Positions 39,893 through 49,768 of a DNA stretch of 64,000 nucleotides are shown here, piece after piece; within the stretch, counting starts at the first letter, position 1, and each line of letters starts with the position of its first letter. The DNA comes from Myxococcota bacterium (GTDB taxonomy: Bacteria > Myxococcota_A > UBA796 > SXON01), in contig JAZKFH010000025.1 of assembly GCA_040386535.1 (NCBI GenBank), positions 32,001-96,000 on the forward strand, written 5' to 3'. The notes below the pieces were generated by a model, which was not told where the DNA came from, searched no databases, and saw only the letters and a program-made list of their open reading frames with translations. Position numbers and translations under genes: made by a program.

Positions 39893-40267
39893 ATGCGCAC
39901 CTGGATCCTCGCCGCCCTTCTCCCCGTCGTCCTCTCCGCGGCGCTCCTCGGCTGCACCGGCCCGTCGGACAAGGACGACACGGGCGCGGCGGCGGACACC
40001 GACACGGACACCGACTCCGACACGGACACCGACACGGACCTCGGCCCCGACGGAGCCGCGCTCTACTCCGCGAACTGCTCCAGTTGCCACGGCGACTCGG
40101 CCGAGGGGACTCGCAGCGCGCCCCCGCTCGAGGGCGAGATGCGCCTGTCCGACACGCAGCTGGTGGGGATCATCCGCAACGGCAAGGAGGAGATGCCGGC
40201 AGTCGACGTGACGGAGGAGGAGGCCCTGGCCATCGTCGGTTGGCTTCGCGCGTTGTTCGGCGCGTAG
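39893..40267 (+). CDS. Monoheme cytochrome c lipoprotein
   Basis: LLGC lipobox, DT-repeat linker, CSSCHG, distal MP. Confidence 0.9.
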   Translation: MRTWILAALLPVVLSAALLGCTGPSDKDDTGAAADTDTDTDSDTDTDTDLGPDGAALYSANCSSCHGDSAEGTRSAPPLEGEMRLSDTQLVGIIRNGKEEMPAVDVTEEEALAIVGWLRALFGA

Positions 40268-40338
40268 GAGCGATCCGTTCCGGGCGGGCGCGCGTACTCC
40301 GCTTGCCCTCGCCGGATGGAATGGTATGGTCGCGCCGC

Positions 40339-40893
40339 GTGACTTCTCCCCTCTCTGCACTCACCGACGCCGCGCTCGTGACAGCGCTCGCGAATGGCGA
40401 CCGGTCCGCTTTGGGGGAGCTGTATGAGCGCTACGCCTCCCTGCTGCTGGCTGTAGGCATGCAACGACTGGGTGACCGGAGAGACGCCGAAGAAGTGCTC
40501 CACGATGTGTTCGTGGAGGCATGGCGCAATGCCGACGCGTATGACGCCGAACGCGGCACGGTTCGCGCCTGGCTCGTCACGCGCATGCACTCGCGCGCGC
40601 TCGATCGGCGGCGCTCCCCCGGGTGGTCGCGCCGCGCCCCGTATGACGACGCGCGCGCGGAGCGCATCAGCATTGACGACGATCCTTCGCTGGTGGTCGA
40701 CCGGGGCCGGGTGCAGTCCGCGCTCGACGAGCTGCCCGGCGAGCAGCGGCAGGTGGTCGAGCTCGCCTACTTCGCGGGCCTTTCTTCCTCGGAGATTGCC
40801 GAGCGGGAAGCCGTTCCTCTGGGTACGGTGAAGTCGCGCACGGCCGCGGCGCTCGGAAAACTCCGGGCCGGGCTGCTCGGAGGCGGCCGATGA
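40339..40893 (+). CDS. ECF RNA polymerase sigma factor (SigK-like)
   Basis: ALGELYERY, DAEEVLHDVF..AW, LAYF.GLS..EIA....PLGTVKSR. Confidence 0.92.
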   Translation: MTSPLSALTDAALVTALANGDRSALGELYERYASLLLAVGMQRLGDRRDAEEVLHDVFVEAWRNADAYDAERGTVRAWLVTRMHSRALDRRRSPGWSRRAPYDDARAERISIDDDPSLVVDRGRVQSALDELPGEQRQVVELAYFAGLSSSEIAEREAVPLGTVKSRTAAALGKLRAGLLGGGR

Positions 40894-41501
40894 CCCCGCA
40901 CGTGATCGAGCTCCTCCCCGACTGGATGAACGGGGCCCTGCCAGCGCCCGCGGCGAAGGACGTGGCGGATCACCTCGACACCTGCCCCGACTGCGACGCC
41001 GCGCTCGCGGGCTACCAGGAGGTGCTCGGCGCGTTGGCGCTCACGCTCCGCCCCGTGCGCCCCGACCCGGCCGTGCGCGCCCGCCTGTTCGACACGATCG
41101 CCTCCGGCCGGCTGCACCGCTTCGCTGGCCAGGTGTCCGCCCTGTTCGCCATCGGCGTCGCCGAGGCGCGCGACGCCCTCGACGACATCGATCGGACCGA
41201 CGGCTGGGAGCCGGCCGCGTTCCCGAGCGTCTCCCAGCGCCTCCTGGACGGCGCCCCCCCGGGCCACCTGATGGGCTTCATCCGGGTGCCCGCGGGCGTG
41301 CCGGTGCCCTGGCACGAGCACCTCGGCCAGGAGCGCACGCTGGTGCTCCAGGGCCGCCTCGTGGACGACGAGGGGCACGTGTACCGCCCGGGCGACGAGA
41401 TGCCCAGGTCCCGCGGCACCCGCCACACCTTCGTGGCCGACGGCGGGGTCGACCTCGTGTGTGGCGTCCTGATCGAAGGCGGGTTCACCCTCCTCGACTG
41501 A
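40890..41501 (+). CDS. Zinc anti-sigma factor with cupin domain (ChrR-like)
   Basis: HLDTCPDC ZAS motif; P.HEH.G.E...VLQG, G.RH; ATGA overlap with sigma gene. Confidence 0.88.
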   Translation: MTPHVIELLPDWMNGALPAPAAKDVADHLDTCPDCDAALAGYQEVLGALALTLRPVRPDPAVRARLFDTIASGRLHRFAGQVSALFAIGVAEARDALDDIDRTDGWEPAAFPSVSQRLLDGAPPGHLMGFIRVPAGVPVPWHEHLGQERTLVLQGRLVDDEGHVYRPGDEMPRSRGTRHTFVADGGVDLVCGVLIEGGFTLLD

Positions 41502-41573
41502 TCGCGGGCTCGCCGATCGGGCTCGCCGATCGGGGGCGCGGTGCTTAGCCGATGCGTCCGCTCGGACGCACGC

Positions 41574-42494
41574 ATGCCCTGGACCGCCGACAGTCTCCCC
41601 GATCTCTCCGACCGTACCATCGTCGTCACCGGGGCGAACAGCGGGCTCGGGTGGGAAACCTCGCGGATGCTCGCGGTGCGGGGCGCGCGCGTGGTCATGG
41701 CGTGCCGCAACCAGGAGAAGGGCCGGGAAGCGGTGACGCGCATCCACGCGGTGCTTCCGACGGCGCGTCTCGAGCTGGCGAAGCTCGATCTCGGCAGCCT
41801 CCGCTCCATCCGGGAGTGTGCCGAGGAGCTGAAGGCACGTTTTCCCGTCATCGACGTATTGGTCAACAACGCCGGCATCATGGCCGTGCCGCGCACCTTG
41901 ACGGAGGACGGCTTCGAGACCCAGATCGGCACCAACCACCTGGGCCACTTCGCGCTGACGGGCCTGCTGTTCGACACGTTGCAGCGGAGCACGGCCCCCC
42001 GCGTTGTCAACGTGTCGAGCCTCGTCCACACCATGGGCAGCATGAACTTCGACGACCTGATGGGCGAGCGGAGCTACCAGAAGTGGATGGCGTACGGGCA
42101 GAGCAAGCTCGCCAACCTGCTCTTCACCTACGAGCTCCAGCGCCGGCTCGAAGCGCGCGGGGTCGGCATGGTGTCGGCGGCCGCCCACCCGGGGTATTCG
42201 AGCACCAACCTGTCCGCGGTGGGCCCGCAGATGGAGGGGTCGGCGTTGGGCGCTTCGTTCATGAAGATGGGGAGCGTGTTCGCCCAGTCCGCCGAGCGCG
42301 GCGCGCTCCCCACCGTGTACGCGGCCGCCGCTCCCGACGTGGCGAGCGGTGACTATTACGGCCCGGACGGATTGTTCGAGGTGTGGGGATACCCCAAGAA
42401 GGTGACCAGCACCGCCGCCTCGAAGGACGCTCCCACCGCCGCGAAGTTGTGGGAGGCGTCCGAGCGGCTCACATCAGTGAGCTGGTTGTCGTAG
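41574..42494 (+). CDS. Short-chain dehydrogenase/reductase (retinol DH/WWOX-like)
   Basis: TGANSGLG, NNAGIM, NHLGHF, YGQSK, HPG. Confidence 0.95.
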   Translation: MPWTADSLPDLSDRTIVVTGANSGLGWETSRMLAVRGARVVMACRNQEKGREAVTRIHAVLPTARLELAKLDLGSLRSIRECAEELKARFPVIDVLVNNAGIMAVPRTLTEDGFETQIGTNHLGHFALTGLLFDTLQRSTAPRVVNVSSLVHTMGSMNFDDLMGERSYQKWMAYGQSKLANLLFTYELQRRLEARGVGMVSAAAHPGYSSTNLSAVGPQMEGSALGASFMKMGSVFAQSAERGALPTVYAAAAPDVASGDYYGPDGLFEVWGYPKKVTSTAASKDAPTAAKLWEASERLTSVSWLS

Positions 42495-42497
42495 CGC

Positions 42498-44858
42498 TCA
42501 GCGCGTCGCGGCCGCGGAGCGCCGACGCCGCAACAGGGCTACCATCGCGATCATGAGGCCGCCGGAGAGCGTCGAGTCCTGGGGGACGGCGCTGCAGCCG
42601 CTGGCCTCCTCGCCGTGGTTGATGATCGCGAGCGCGGGGCCGATCTCGACGAGCTCGGCATTGTAGTGTGTCGAAGTGCGTGCGGTGTGCCAGGGGTCTT
42701 CCGCGTCCCACGCGATGACACGGAAATAGAGCGCGTTGCCGCCGCTGAGCACCTCCCAGTCCTCCTCGGAGAGCTGCCACGTGGCGGTCGCGACGCCATC
42801 GGTGATGCCCACGTTGCTCTGGATGCCGCTGGAGACGAGGTTCTCGGTGAAGGCCATGTCGTTGGCGACCTCGACCTGGTAGCGGTTCCCATAGGAGGTG
42901 TCGGCGTTGGTGTAGCTGTCGGTGAACCCGAAGTCCCGGCCGGTCCACACCTGGAACGTGGGCGGGGTGGGGTCGTCGAACGCGAGGATGTCGTCGCTGA
43001 TGTCGATCGCCACCTCCCGCTCGGTCACGAACAGCCCGGCCTGCGCGAAGCCGACGAGGATGTCACCCGCGTCGTAGCCGCTGTCCGACTGGGCCAGCAT
43101 CGAGAGCAGGATGCCACGGAAGGACTCGTGCACCGCCTTGTGGGATTGGTAGCCGGATTGTCCGGCGCCCGCGGCGGGGAGGGCGGCCATCAGGTATTGG
43201 TCGTTCCGGATCGGGCCGAGGGGCGAGCGTCCGTTCATCTCGACCCGGGAGGCCCACAACGCGCGCGCGAGCACCTGCCCGTTGGCGTGGAACTCATTCA
43301 TGGTCACCAGGTGCTCCGGGAACACGTCCGCGGCGTCGGCGCGCCGCGGGATGCCGCCGGTCTCGACGTCGATCGTGGTGTTCATGGCCACCACGCCGAT
43401 GATGTCCTGGTTCAGCAGGGACATCGCCCAGTAGTCGCCGAGCCCCTCGCCGACGGACTTGTTCTGCACGCCACCGCCCGCCGCGTACCGGAGGTTGTTG
43501 AGGCCGTGGCCGAGCTCGTGCGCCACCACGGTCGCGTCCAGCGCGGTGTTGAACAAGCCGGCGCCTCCGGGCTTCACGGTGGCGCTGCCGGCGCCGAAGC
43601 TGGCCGATCCGGTGGTGGCACACGCGTTGTTGATGCCCCAGCCGCAGGCGTCGTCATCGTTGACCGTGATCTCCCAAGGGGGGAGGCTCCCGCTGCCGCG
43701 GGACTCGAAGTAGTCCAACGTCGTGTACGCCCACGTGTAGGCGTTCACCTGGGCGAAGCGCCAATTATAATTGGGAGCGGTCGCGTTCAGGATGTTGAAC
43801 GTCTCGTTGATTGGATTGACGTTGAACGCCGCCTCCCCAGCCGCGTTCAGACACACCTTCACGTCGTCGGGATATCCGTCGGCCCCGCCGTTCGTCATGG
43901 TCAGGACACCGCCGTGGTCGAGCGTGTAGTTGCAGCCGCTGGCGCTGTTGACCGCGAGGCCGAACATGTCGAAGGTAAGGGGGGCCCCGGGGATCGCCAC
44001 CGTCGCGAATCCGCTGGCGATCGAGTCGAACTGGGGGTCGACCTGCAGGACGCTGCCCCCGGCGGCGTCGATGTCGAGCAGGTATTGCCCGTGGGTGGTC
44101 TCCATGGTGACACGCCAGGCGTAGCGCAGCGTGGTGCCATCCTCCAGCGCGACCAATTCGGGCGAACCGGACGAGCGCCCCCGGGCGGCGGAGGCGTAGC
44201 GCTCCGCGTAGGAGATGGCCCTGGCCGCGTCGAGCGTGACGCGGTTCACCGTGGAGGTGTCACCGTAGAGCGCGCCGCTGACGCGGCGGATGCCCGTGTC
44301 GTCCACCTCGACGAGGAGGGTGCGCCCTTCCGCACGCGCGCCGCCGATCTGTTGGCGGTAGCGCCAGAGTTGGATCGGGGTGGCGGCCCGGGCGTAGGCC
44401 GCGCGGCCCTCCTCGACCAGGACCTCGAGGGTCTCGGCGCTCAAGGGGCCCACTCGGCGCTCGGTGGCCTCGACCCAGCTGTCGGAGAGGAGCTCTCCTT
44501 CCGCCACGAGCGCGCCGAGATCCACCATCGGGAGGGGCTCGCCCTCGCTCACCAGGACGAGCGCGCCGACGTCGATGTTCACGCCCAGCGCGGGCAGGAT
44601 CTCGGTGAGCGCGCGGGTCACGTCGCGGGTGGACGACACGGGGTAGGTGCCGGGCTCGACGACCGCCGCGAACAGCCCGCCGTCCTCGAGGGGGGGCGCG
44701 AGGGAGACGCCGCGCGGCACGCGTCGCGTGTCCGATCGCACCGGGGCGCGCTCGGCGGGGGCGAGCCACGTGGGGCGCAGGGCGTAGGACACCTCCTGGG
44801 CGTGGGCGGACGAGATGGAGAGGACAGCGCCGAGGCCGGCGAGGAGGAAGAGGGACAT
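42498..44858 (-). CDS. Secreted M4/M36-like zinc metalloprotease with C-terminal sorting tail
   Basis: Propeptide (Y.Q...G..., IDA..G.VL), NNA, HELGH, EG.GD, H.NG; GCS...TM-RRRR tail. Confidence 0.85.
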   Translation of the reverse strand: MSLFLLAGLGAVLSISSAHAQEVSYALRPTWLAPAERAPVRSDTRRVPRGVSLAPPLEDGGLFAAVVEPGTYPVSSTRDVTRALTEILPALGVNIDVGALVLVSEGEPLPMVDLGALVAEGELLSDSWVEATERRVGPLSAETLEVLVEEGRAAYARAATPIQLWRYRQQIGGARAEGRTLLVEVDDTGIRRVSGALYGDTSTVNRVTLDAARAISYAERYASAARGRSSGSPELVALEDGTTLRYAWRVTMETTHGQYLLDIDAAGGSVLQVDPQFDSIASGFATVAIPGAPLTFDMFGLAVNSASGCNYTLDHGGVLTMTNGGADGYPDDVKVCLNAAGEAAFNVNPINETFNILNATAPNYNWRFAQVNAYTWAYTTLDYFESRGSGSLPPWEITVNDDDACGWGINNACATTGSASFGAGSATVKPGGAGLFNTALDATVVAHELGHGLNNLRYAAGGGVQNKSVGEGLGDYWAMSLLNQDIIGVVAMNTTIDVETGGIPRRADAADVFPEHLVTMNEFHANGQVLARALWASRVEMNGRSPLGPIRNDQYLMAALPAAGAGQSGYQSHKAVHESFRGILLSMLAQSDSGYDAGDILVGFAQAGLFVTEREVAIDISDDILAFDDPTPPTFQVWTGRDFGFTDSYTNADTSYGNRYQVEVANDMAFTENLVSSGIQSNVGITDGVATATWQLSEEDWEVLSGGNALYFRVIAWDAEDPWHTARTSTHYNAELVEIGPALAIINHGEEASGCSAVPQDSTLSGGLMIAMVALLRRRRSAAATR

Positions 44859-44893
44859 GGGAGACTCCGTTGTGTGGGGACACAGCCGGAGAG

Positions 44894-44909
44894 AGCAAGC
44901 GCCGTGCCA
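44894..44909 (-). promoter_or_regulatory. sigma54 -24/-12 promoter
   Basis: TGGCACGGCGCTTGCT, full consensus match, 35 bp upstream of the protease ATG. Confidence 0.85.
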
Positions 44910-45007
44910 ACGAAGCGTCGATCGACGAAGTCCAGTTGGACGGACGCTTCTGGCAATGGGGGACGTTTGGGAGCGCGCGCGCGCACCGCGCGCTCATCCC
45001 ACGCGCA

Positions 45008-45952
45008 TCACCCGAGCAGCACCTTCACCACGCCCGGCTGCGCGGCCATCTCCAACGCCGCGACCCCCTGCTCCAACGGGAGGCGCGCGGTGATCAGTGG
45101 CCGCGGATCGACCAGCCCCGCGGCGAGCAGCCGGAGCGCGGGCTCGAACGGCCCACAACGCGAGCCCACCACGGTGATCTCGTCGATGACCCACCGATTG
45201 GGCTCGATGCGCCCGACGTCGTGCACGGTGGTCTTGAGCACGAGCGTGCCGCCGGGGCGGACCAGCGAGGTGGCGAGGGCCAGCCCGTCCGGGTTGCCGG
45301 TACAATCCACCACGATGTCGGCGCCGGCCAGGGCGGGCGCGTCCGCGAGGGAGAACGCGCGGACGGAGGAGGGGAGGAGCGCGAGCGTGACCGGGTTGCG
45401 GCCCACGGCGGCGACCTCGGCGCCCGAGAGGGCGAGCACCCGCGCACAGAGCTGGCCGAGGCGGCCCGTGCCGAGCACGACGACGCGATGCGAGGGGCGG
45501 ACGTGCACCTGCTCGAGGATCTGGCAGGCTGCGGCGAGGGGCTCGACGAACACGGCGGCGTCATCCGGCACGGCGTCGGGCACGACGTGGAGGTTGGCCG
45601 TGGGGAGGGAGAGGTGCTCGGCGAAGGCGCCGTCCCGCCCGAGGATGCCGAGTACGGTGCGCGTGGGGCAATGGGTGGGCCGCCCGGCGAGGCAGGTCGG
45701 GCAGGCTCCACACGGGCAGTTGATGTCGCCCACGACGCGTTTCCCTACCCACGCGGCGTCGGGTGCGGCCTCCACGACGCCGACCCATTCGTGCCCGAGC
45801 GTGCCGGCAAAGCCCATGTAGCCCTTCACGAGCTCCAGATCGGTGGCGCATACGCCCGCGAGATGGACGCGCACCCGGGCCTCGCCGGGGCGGACGGTGA
45901 AGGGCAGATCGACCAGGGCCGGGCCCGTGGGGCCGAGGTGGAGCGCGCGCAT
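45008..45952 (-). CDS. Zinc-dependent alcohol dehydrogenase (MDR)
   Basis: GVCATD, GHE, CGACPTC.......C, G.GRLG, GSRCG. Confidence 0.93.
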   Translation of the reverse strand: MRALHLGPTGPALVDLPFTVRPGEARVRVHLAGVCATDLELVKGYMGFAGTLGHEWVGVVEAAPDAAWVGKRVVGDINCPCGACPTCLAGRPTHCPTRTVLGILGRDGAFAEHLSLPTANLHVVPDAVPDDAAVFVEPLAAACQILEQVHVRPSHRVVVLGTGRLGQLCARVLALSGAEVAAVGRNPVTLALLPSSVRAFSLADAPALAGADIVVDCTGNPDGLALATSLVRPGGTLVLKTTVHDVGRIEPNRWVIDEITVVGSRCGPFEPALRLLAAGLVDPRPLITARLPLEQGVAALEMAAQPGVVKVLLG

Positions 45953-45990
45953 GGGGCGGGCTATCCCGTCATCAGCTACCATGGCGGTGC

Positions 45991-48789
45991 ATGCGCCCCA
46001 TCGTCGCCTTCGCCCCGCTGCTCTTCGGCCTCGTTTCGTGTGGCGAGGCGGGGCTGCCTGAACCGTACGGCGCGCCCGACACCGCGCCGGACACCACTCC
46101 GGACACCGCGGTGGCGTCGATAAAGGCGGTCGGTACGTGCGTGGAGCAAACGGACGGGGACCACGACTTCCTGTTCTGCACGACGCGGTCGACGTGGGTG
46201 GACGCCCAGGCGGCGTGCGCGGCGGAGGGCTACCACCTGGCCGACGTGGAGGACGCGGCGGAGGGAGATTGGATCTGGGGCATTGCCGAGGGCCTGGAGC
46301 CGGCGTGGGGGTGGTGGCACGGCCGGAACGACCGCACGGCCGAGGGGGTGTGGGCGTGGGACGGCGGCGCCACGTCGACCCACACGGATTGGCGCGCGGC
46401 CGAGCCGAACGATTTTGGTGGCAACGAGGACTGTGCGTTGTTCGCGGACGACGGGGCCGCCGCGTGGAACGACAAGGGCTGCACCACCACGCTCCCGTAC
46501 GTGTGCGAGGCCGGGTGCCTGTGGTCGAGCTGGTACGACGACGCCGACGCGGACGGATACGGGGACAGCGGCGCGCTGACCCGCGCATGTGACGCACCGG
46601 CCGGCGCCGTGGGGAACGCAACCGATTGTGACGACAGGGACGCGGACGTCGCGCCGGACGGTACAGAGGTGTGTGGCGGCACGGACGAGGACTGTGACGG
46701 CCTCGAGGACGACGCGGATCCCAGTGTCCGCACCACGTCGCTCACCTATTGGTACGCCGACACGGATGGCGACGGCGCGGGGGCCGGCGTTCGGACGGCC
46801 GCATGCCTGGCGCCCGCCGGCCACGTGTCGAACGCGGACGATTGTGACGACACGGACGCGGCCATCGCGCCCGGCGCGCCCGACCGCCCGGCCGACGGCG
46901 TCGATCAGGACTGTGACGGCGCGGACGGCTGCACGTGGTACGCCGATGCCGACGGGGACGGACACGGAGACCCCACCGCGCCCTACGAGGACTGCGGCGC
47001 CCCTTCGGGGTACGCGGTCACCGGGGACGACTGTGACGATGGCGACGCCGCGACCTACCCGGGCGCTGTTGAGGTCTGGTACGACGGGGTGGACGGGGAC
47101 TGCGCGGGCGGCTCGGACGACGACGCGGACGGCGACGGCGTGGACGCCACGGGGCACGGTGGCGCCGATTGTGACGACGGCGATGCTACGGCATTTCCCG
47201 GCGCCGCGGAGAGGTGTGACGCCGCGGACAACGATTGTGACGGCGGGGTGGACGAGGGCACGGGGGTGTGTCCCGTGGCGGTGGAGGCGTACGAGGACCA
47301 CACCTATCTGTTCGTCCCGGCGCGAACGGATTGGGTGACGGCGCAGGCGGCGTGCGCCGCGCTCGGCTACCACCTGGTCGACGTGCGTGACGCCGCTGAG
47401 GACGCCTGGATCTGGGCCGAGGCGGAGGCCGCGGATCCGGCTACCGGCTGGTGGATGGGCCTCCACGATCGTGACGTCGAGGGCGCCTACTCGTGGGACG
47501 GCGGGAGCCCGTCCGCGCGCACCAATTGGCGCGCCGGCGAGCCCAACGACTACGGCGGCGCCGAGGATTGTGGGGCCTGGGCCGACGATGGCGGCGGGGG
47601 CTGGAACGACAAGAGTTGTGACACGCAGCGCCTTGCCTACGTGTGTGAGGCGGGCTGCGAGCTGCTCCCGTGGTACACCGACGCCGATGGCGACGGGCAC
47701 GGAGACGCTGCCTCGACCGTCGACGCGTGTGAGTCTCCCATCGGGACCGTCGCCAGCGCGGACGACTGCGACGACACCGACGCGACCGTATTTCCAGGGT
47801 CGGTGGAGCGCTGCGACGACGCCGATCGGGACGAGGATTGTGACGGCGCGAGCGACGACGCGGACGACGCGGTGGATCCCGACAGCTACGGCGGGTGGCA
47901 CGCGGACGAGGACGGGGACGGGTACGGAGACCCGGCGGTGGTCGTGGCGGCGTGTGACGGAGGCGCGGGAGCGAGCGCGGACGCGACGGACTGCGACGAT
48001 GGCGACGCGCACGTATTTCCGGGCGCGCCCGAGCGGGCGAACGGTCTGGACGACGACTGTGACGGGGAGGTCGACTTCTACGACCCTGACGGCGACGGCC
48101 TCGCGGACGAGACCGAGGCGCGCCTCGGGACCGACCCCTCCGACCCCGACAGCGACGGCGACGGGCTGCTGGACGGCGCCGAGGTGACCGCCGGGATCGC
48201 CCCCGACACCGACGCGGACGGCGACATCGATCCGCTCGACGCGGACGACGACGGGGACCGCCTCACCACGCGCGCCGAGAGCGGGGAGCCGGGCCCGGGC
48301 GAGCCCGCCGACGACATCGACAACGACGGGTTTCCCGACCACCTCGATCTGGACACGGACGACGACGGCGTGCCCGACGGCGAGGACGGATTCATCGACA
48401 CCGATCGGGACGGGTTCGACAACGTGGAGGATCCCGACGACGACGGTGATCTGCTCGTCACCGCGCTCGAGAACGCGTTGTCGGTCGACCGGGACGCCGA
48501 TGCCGACGGGATCGCCAACTACCTGGACCCCGACTCCGACAACGACGGATGCCCGGACGGCCCGCTCACCGACGGCGCCTCGGACGAGGACCTCGACGGG
48601 CGGCCCGCGTTCGTCGACTCCGACGAGTGCGCGCCGCCCCCGCCCGACACCGACCCGGACACGGGCGACACGGGAGACGCCGAATCCGAGCCGACCCCCT
48701 GTGGGTGCGCGGGAGCCCCCACGCCCGTGCGCCTGGGGGTGGTGCTCCTCGCGCTCGCCGCGTCTGTCCGGCTCCGTCGGCGCCGCTGA
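45991..48789 (+). CDS. Surface protein: two C-type lectin domains, DCDD metal-binding repeats, TSP3-like repeats, MYXO-CTERM-like tail
   Basis: EPN...EDC...WND.C..YVCE twice; many WY.D.DGDG.G / DCDD / DxDxDG; CGC..TM-RLRRRR. Confidence 0.88.
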   Translation: MRPIVAFAPLLFGLVSCGEAGLPEPYGAPDTAPDTTPDTAVASIKAVGTCVEQTDGDHDFLFCTTRSTWVDAQAACAAEGYHLADVEDAAEGDWIWGIAEGLEPAWGWWHGRNDRTAEGVWAWDGGATSTHTDWRAAEPNDFGGNEDCALFADDGAAAWNDKGCTTTLPYVCEAGCLWSSWYDDADADGYGDSGALTRACDAPAGAVGNATDCDDRDADVAPDGTEVCGGTDEDCDGLEDDADPSVRTTSLTYWYADTDGDGAGAGVRTAACLAPAGHVSNADDCDDTDAAIAPGAPDRPADGVDQDCDGADGCTWYADADGDGHGDPTAPYEDCGAPSGYAVTGDDCDDGDAATYPGAVEVWYDGVDGDCAGGSDDDADGDGVDATGHGGADCDDGDATAFPGAAERCDAADNDCDGGVDEGTGVCPVAVEAYEDHTYLFVPARTDWVTAQAACAALGYHLVDVRDAAEDAWIWAEAEAADPATGWWMGLHDRDVEGAYSWDGGSPSARTNWRAGEPNDYGGAEDCGAWADDGGGGWNDKSCDTQRLAYVCEAGCELLPWYTDADGDGHGDAASTVDACESPIGTVASADDCDDTDATVFPGSVERCDDADRDEDCDGASDDADDAVDPDSYGGWHADEDGDGYGDPAVVVAACDGGAGASADATDCDDGDAHVFPGAPERANGLDDDCDGEVDFYDPDGDGLADETEARLGTDPSDPDSDGDGLLDGAEVTAGIAPDTDADGDIDPLDADDDGDRLTTRAESGEPGPGEPADDIDNDGFPDHLDLDTDDDGVPDGEDGFIDTDRDGFDNVEDPDDDGDLLVTALENALSVDRDADADGIANYLDPDSDNDGCPDGPLTDGASDEDLDGRPAFVDSDECAPPPPDTDPDTGDTGDAESEPTPCGCAGAPTPVRLGVVLLALAASVRLRRRR

Positions 48790-48801
48790 CGATCCGGCGC
48801 C

Positions 48802-49584
48802 CTACTGGGTGCCCTCCTGCGGGGTCGGGCGCAGCTGCTTCGCCCGGTCGACCTGCCCCTGCACGATCGGCTGGAGCTCGGTGAAGTAGGCGCGCACCTG
48901 CGGGTCCTGTGTGGAGGTCAGGACGGTCTGCACGACGCGGATCGCGCGGTCGCCACCCTCCACCATCTCGATGACATAGGCCTGATCGAACGCGGGCCCC
49001 TCGAGCGCCTCGAGCCGCTGCTGGGTGTCACGTTGGTCCTGGTACCGGGCGGCGTCCGCGGTCTGGAGCGAGATGTCCTTCTCGCGGGCGAGCTCCGTGA
49101 GCTTGTCGTCCGCTTGTTTGTGCTCGCGGGCCGCCTGATCCGCGTACGCCTTGATCCCCGGGTCCTGGGACTTGGTGCTGGCGAGCCGCGCGAGGGCCGC
49201 CTGGTGCTCGTGCATCTGGTGGGCGTCCTGGAGCGCCTGGGTGGTGGACTGGGTAGCGTCGGCCGTGGTGCCCGGCGTCTGTGTCTGCGCCGTGCCCGGC
49301 GTCGTGCCCGTTGTGCCGGGTGTGGTGCCCGTCGTGCCCGGGGTCTGGGTCGGCGGCATGCCCTGGGTCCCGCCCGGCGTCGTGCCGTTGGTCCCCGTCG
49401 CGCCGTTCGTGCCGACAGCGCCGTCCTCGGCGCGGTCACCGGTGACATCGTCGGTGCCCTGCCCGCCGGACGGGGTGCCCCCCGGTTCGCCGGCCGGTTC
49501 GCCGCCCGGTTGTCCCGCCGGACGCTCGCCCGCCGGCTGACACGCCGCCGCCAGGGCCAGCGCCACAATCAGATATTTTGTCAT
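48802..49584 (-). CDS. DUF4142-like lipoprotein
   Basis: AAGGAGGAGG SD; LAAAC; T/P/G linker; LA..KS.DP.IK.YA....EH, G.AFD.AY...MV. Confidence 0.8.
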   Translation of the reverse strand: MTKYLIVALALAAACQPAGERPAGQPGGEPAGEPGGTPSGGQGTDDVTGDRAEDGAVGTNGATGTNGTTPGGTQGMPPTQTPGTTGTTPGTTGTTPGTAQTQTPGTTADATQSTTQALQDAHQMHEHQAALARLASTKSQDPGIKAYADQAAREHKQADDKLTELAREKDISLQTADAARYQDQRDTQQRLEALEGPAFDQAYVIEMVEGGDRAIRVVQTVLTSTQDPQVRAYFTELQPIVQGQVDRAKQLRPTPQEGTQ

Positions 49585-49768
49585 CGCGACCTCCTCCTTG
49601 CCGCTCCGAGTGGGTCCTGGCGGCACAACGGATGCGGTACACACCTCCGCGCCCCCCGCCGATGGTGGGCCCTCCCAATGTGGGGCCCGCCACGCGAGGA
49701 GGAATCGGTGGCGTGCCGCTGCTTGACCGCCCCGTGGAGGGCACACAGGCGGCCGGGCGGACGCTCGC

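Noticed and set aside
41506..41531. 13-bp tandem duplication GGGCTCGCCGATC
   Set aside because: Simple local slippage duplication; nothing lies between the copies
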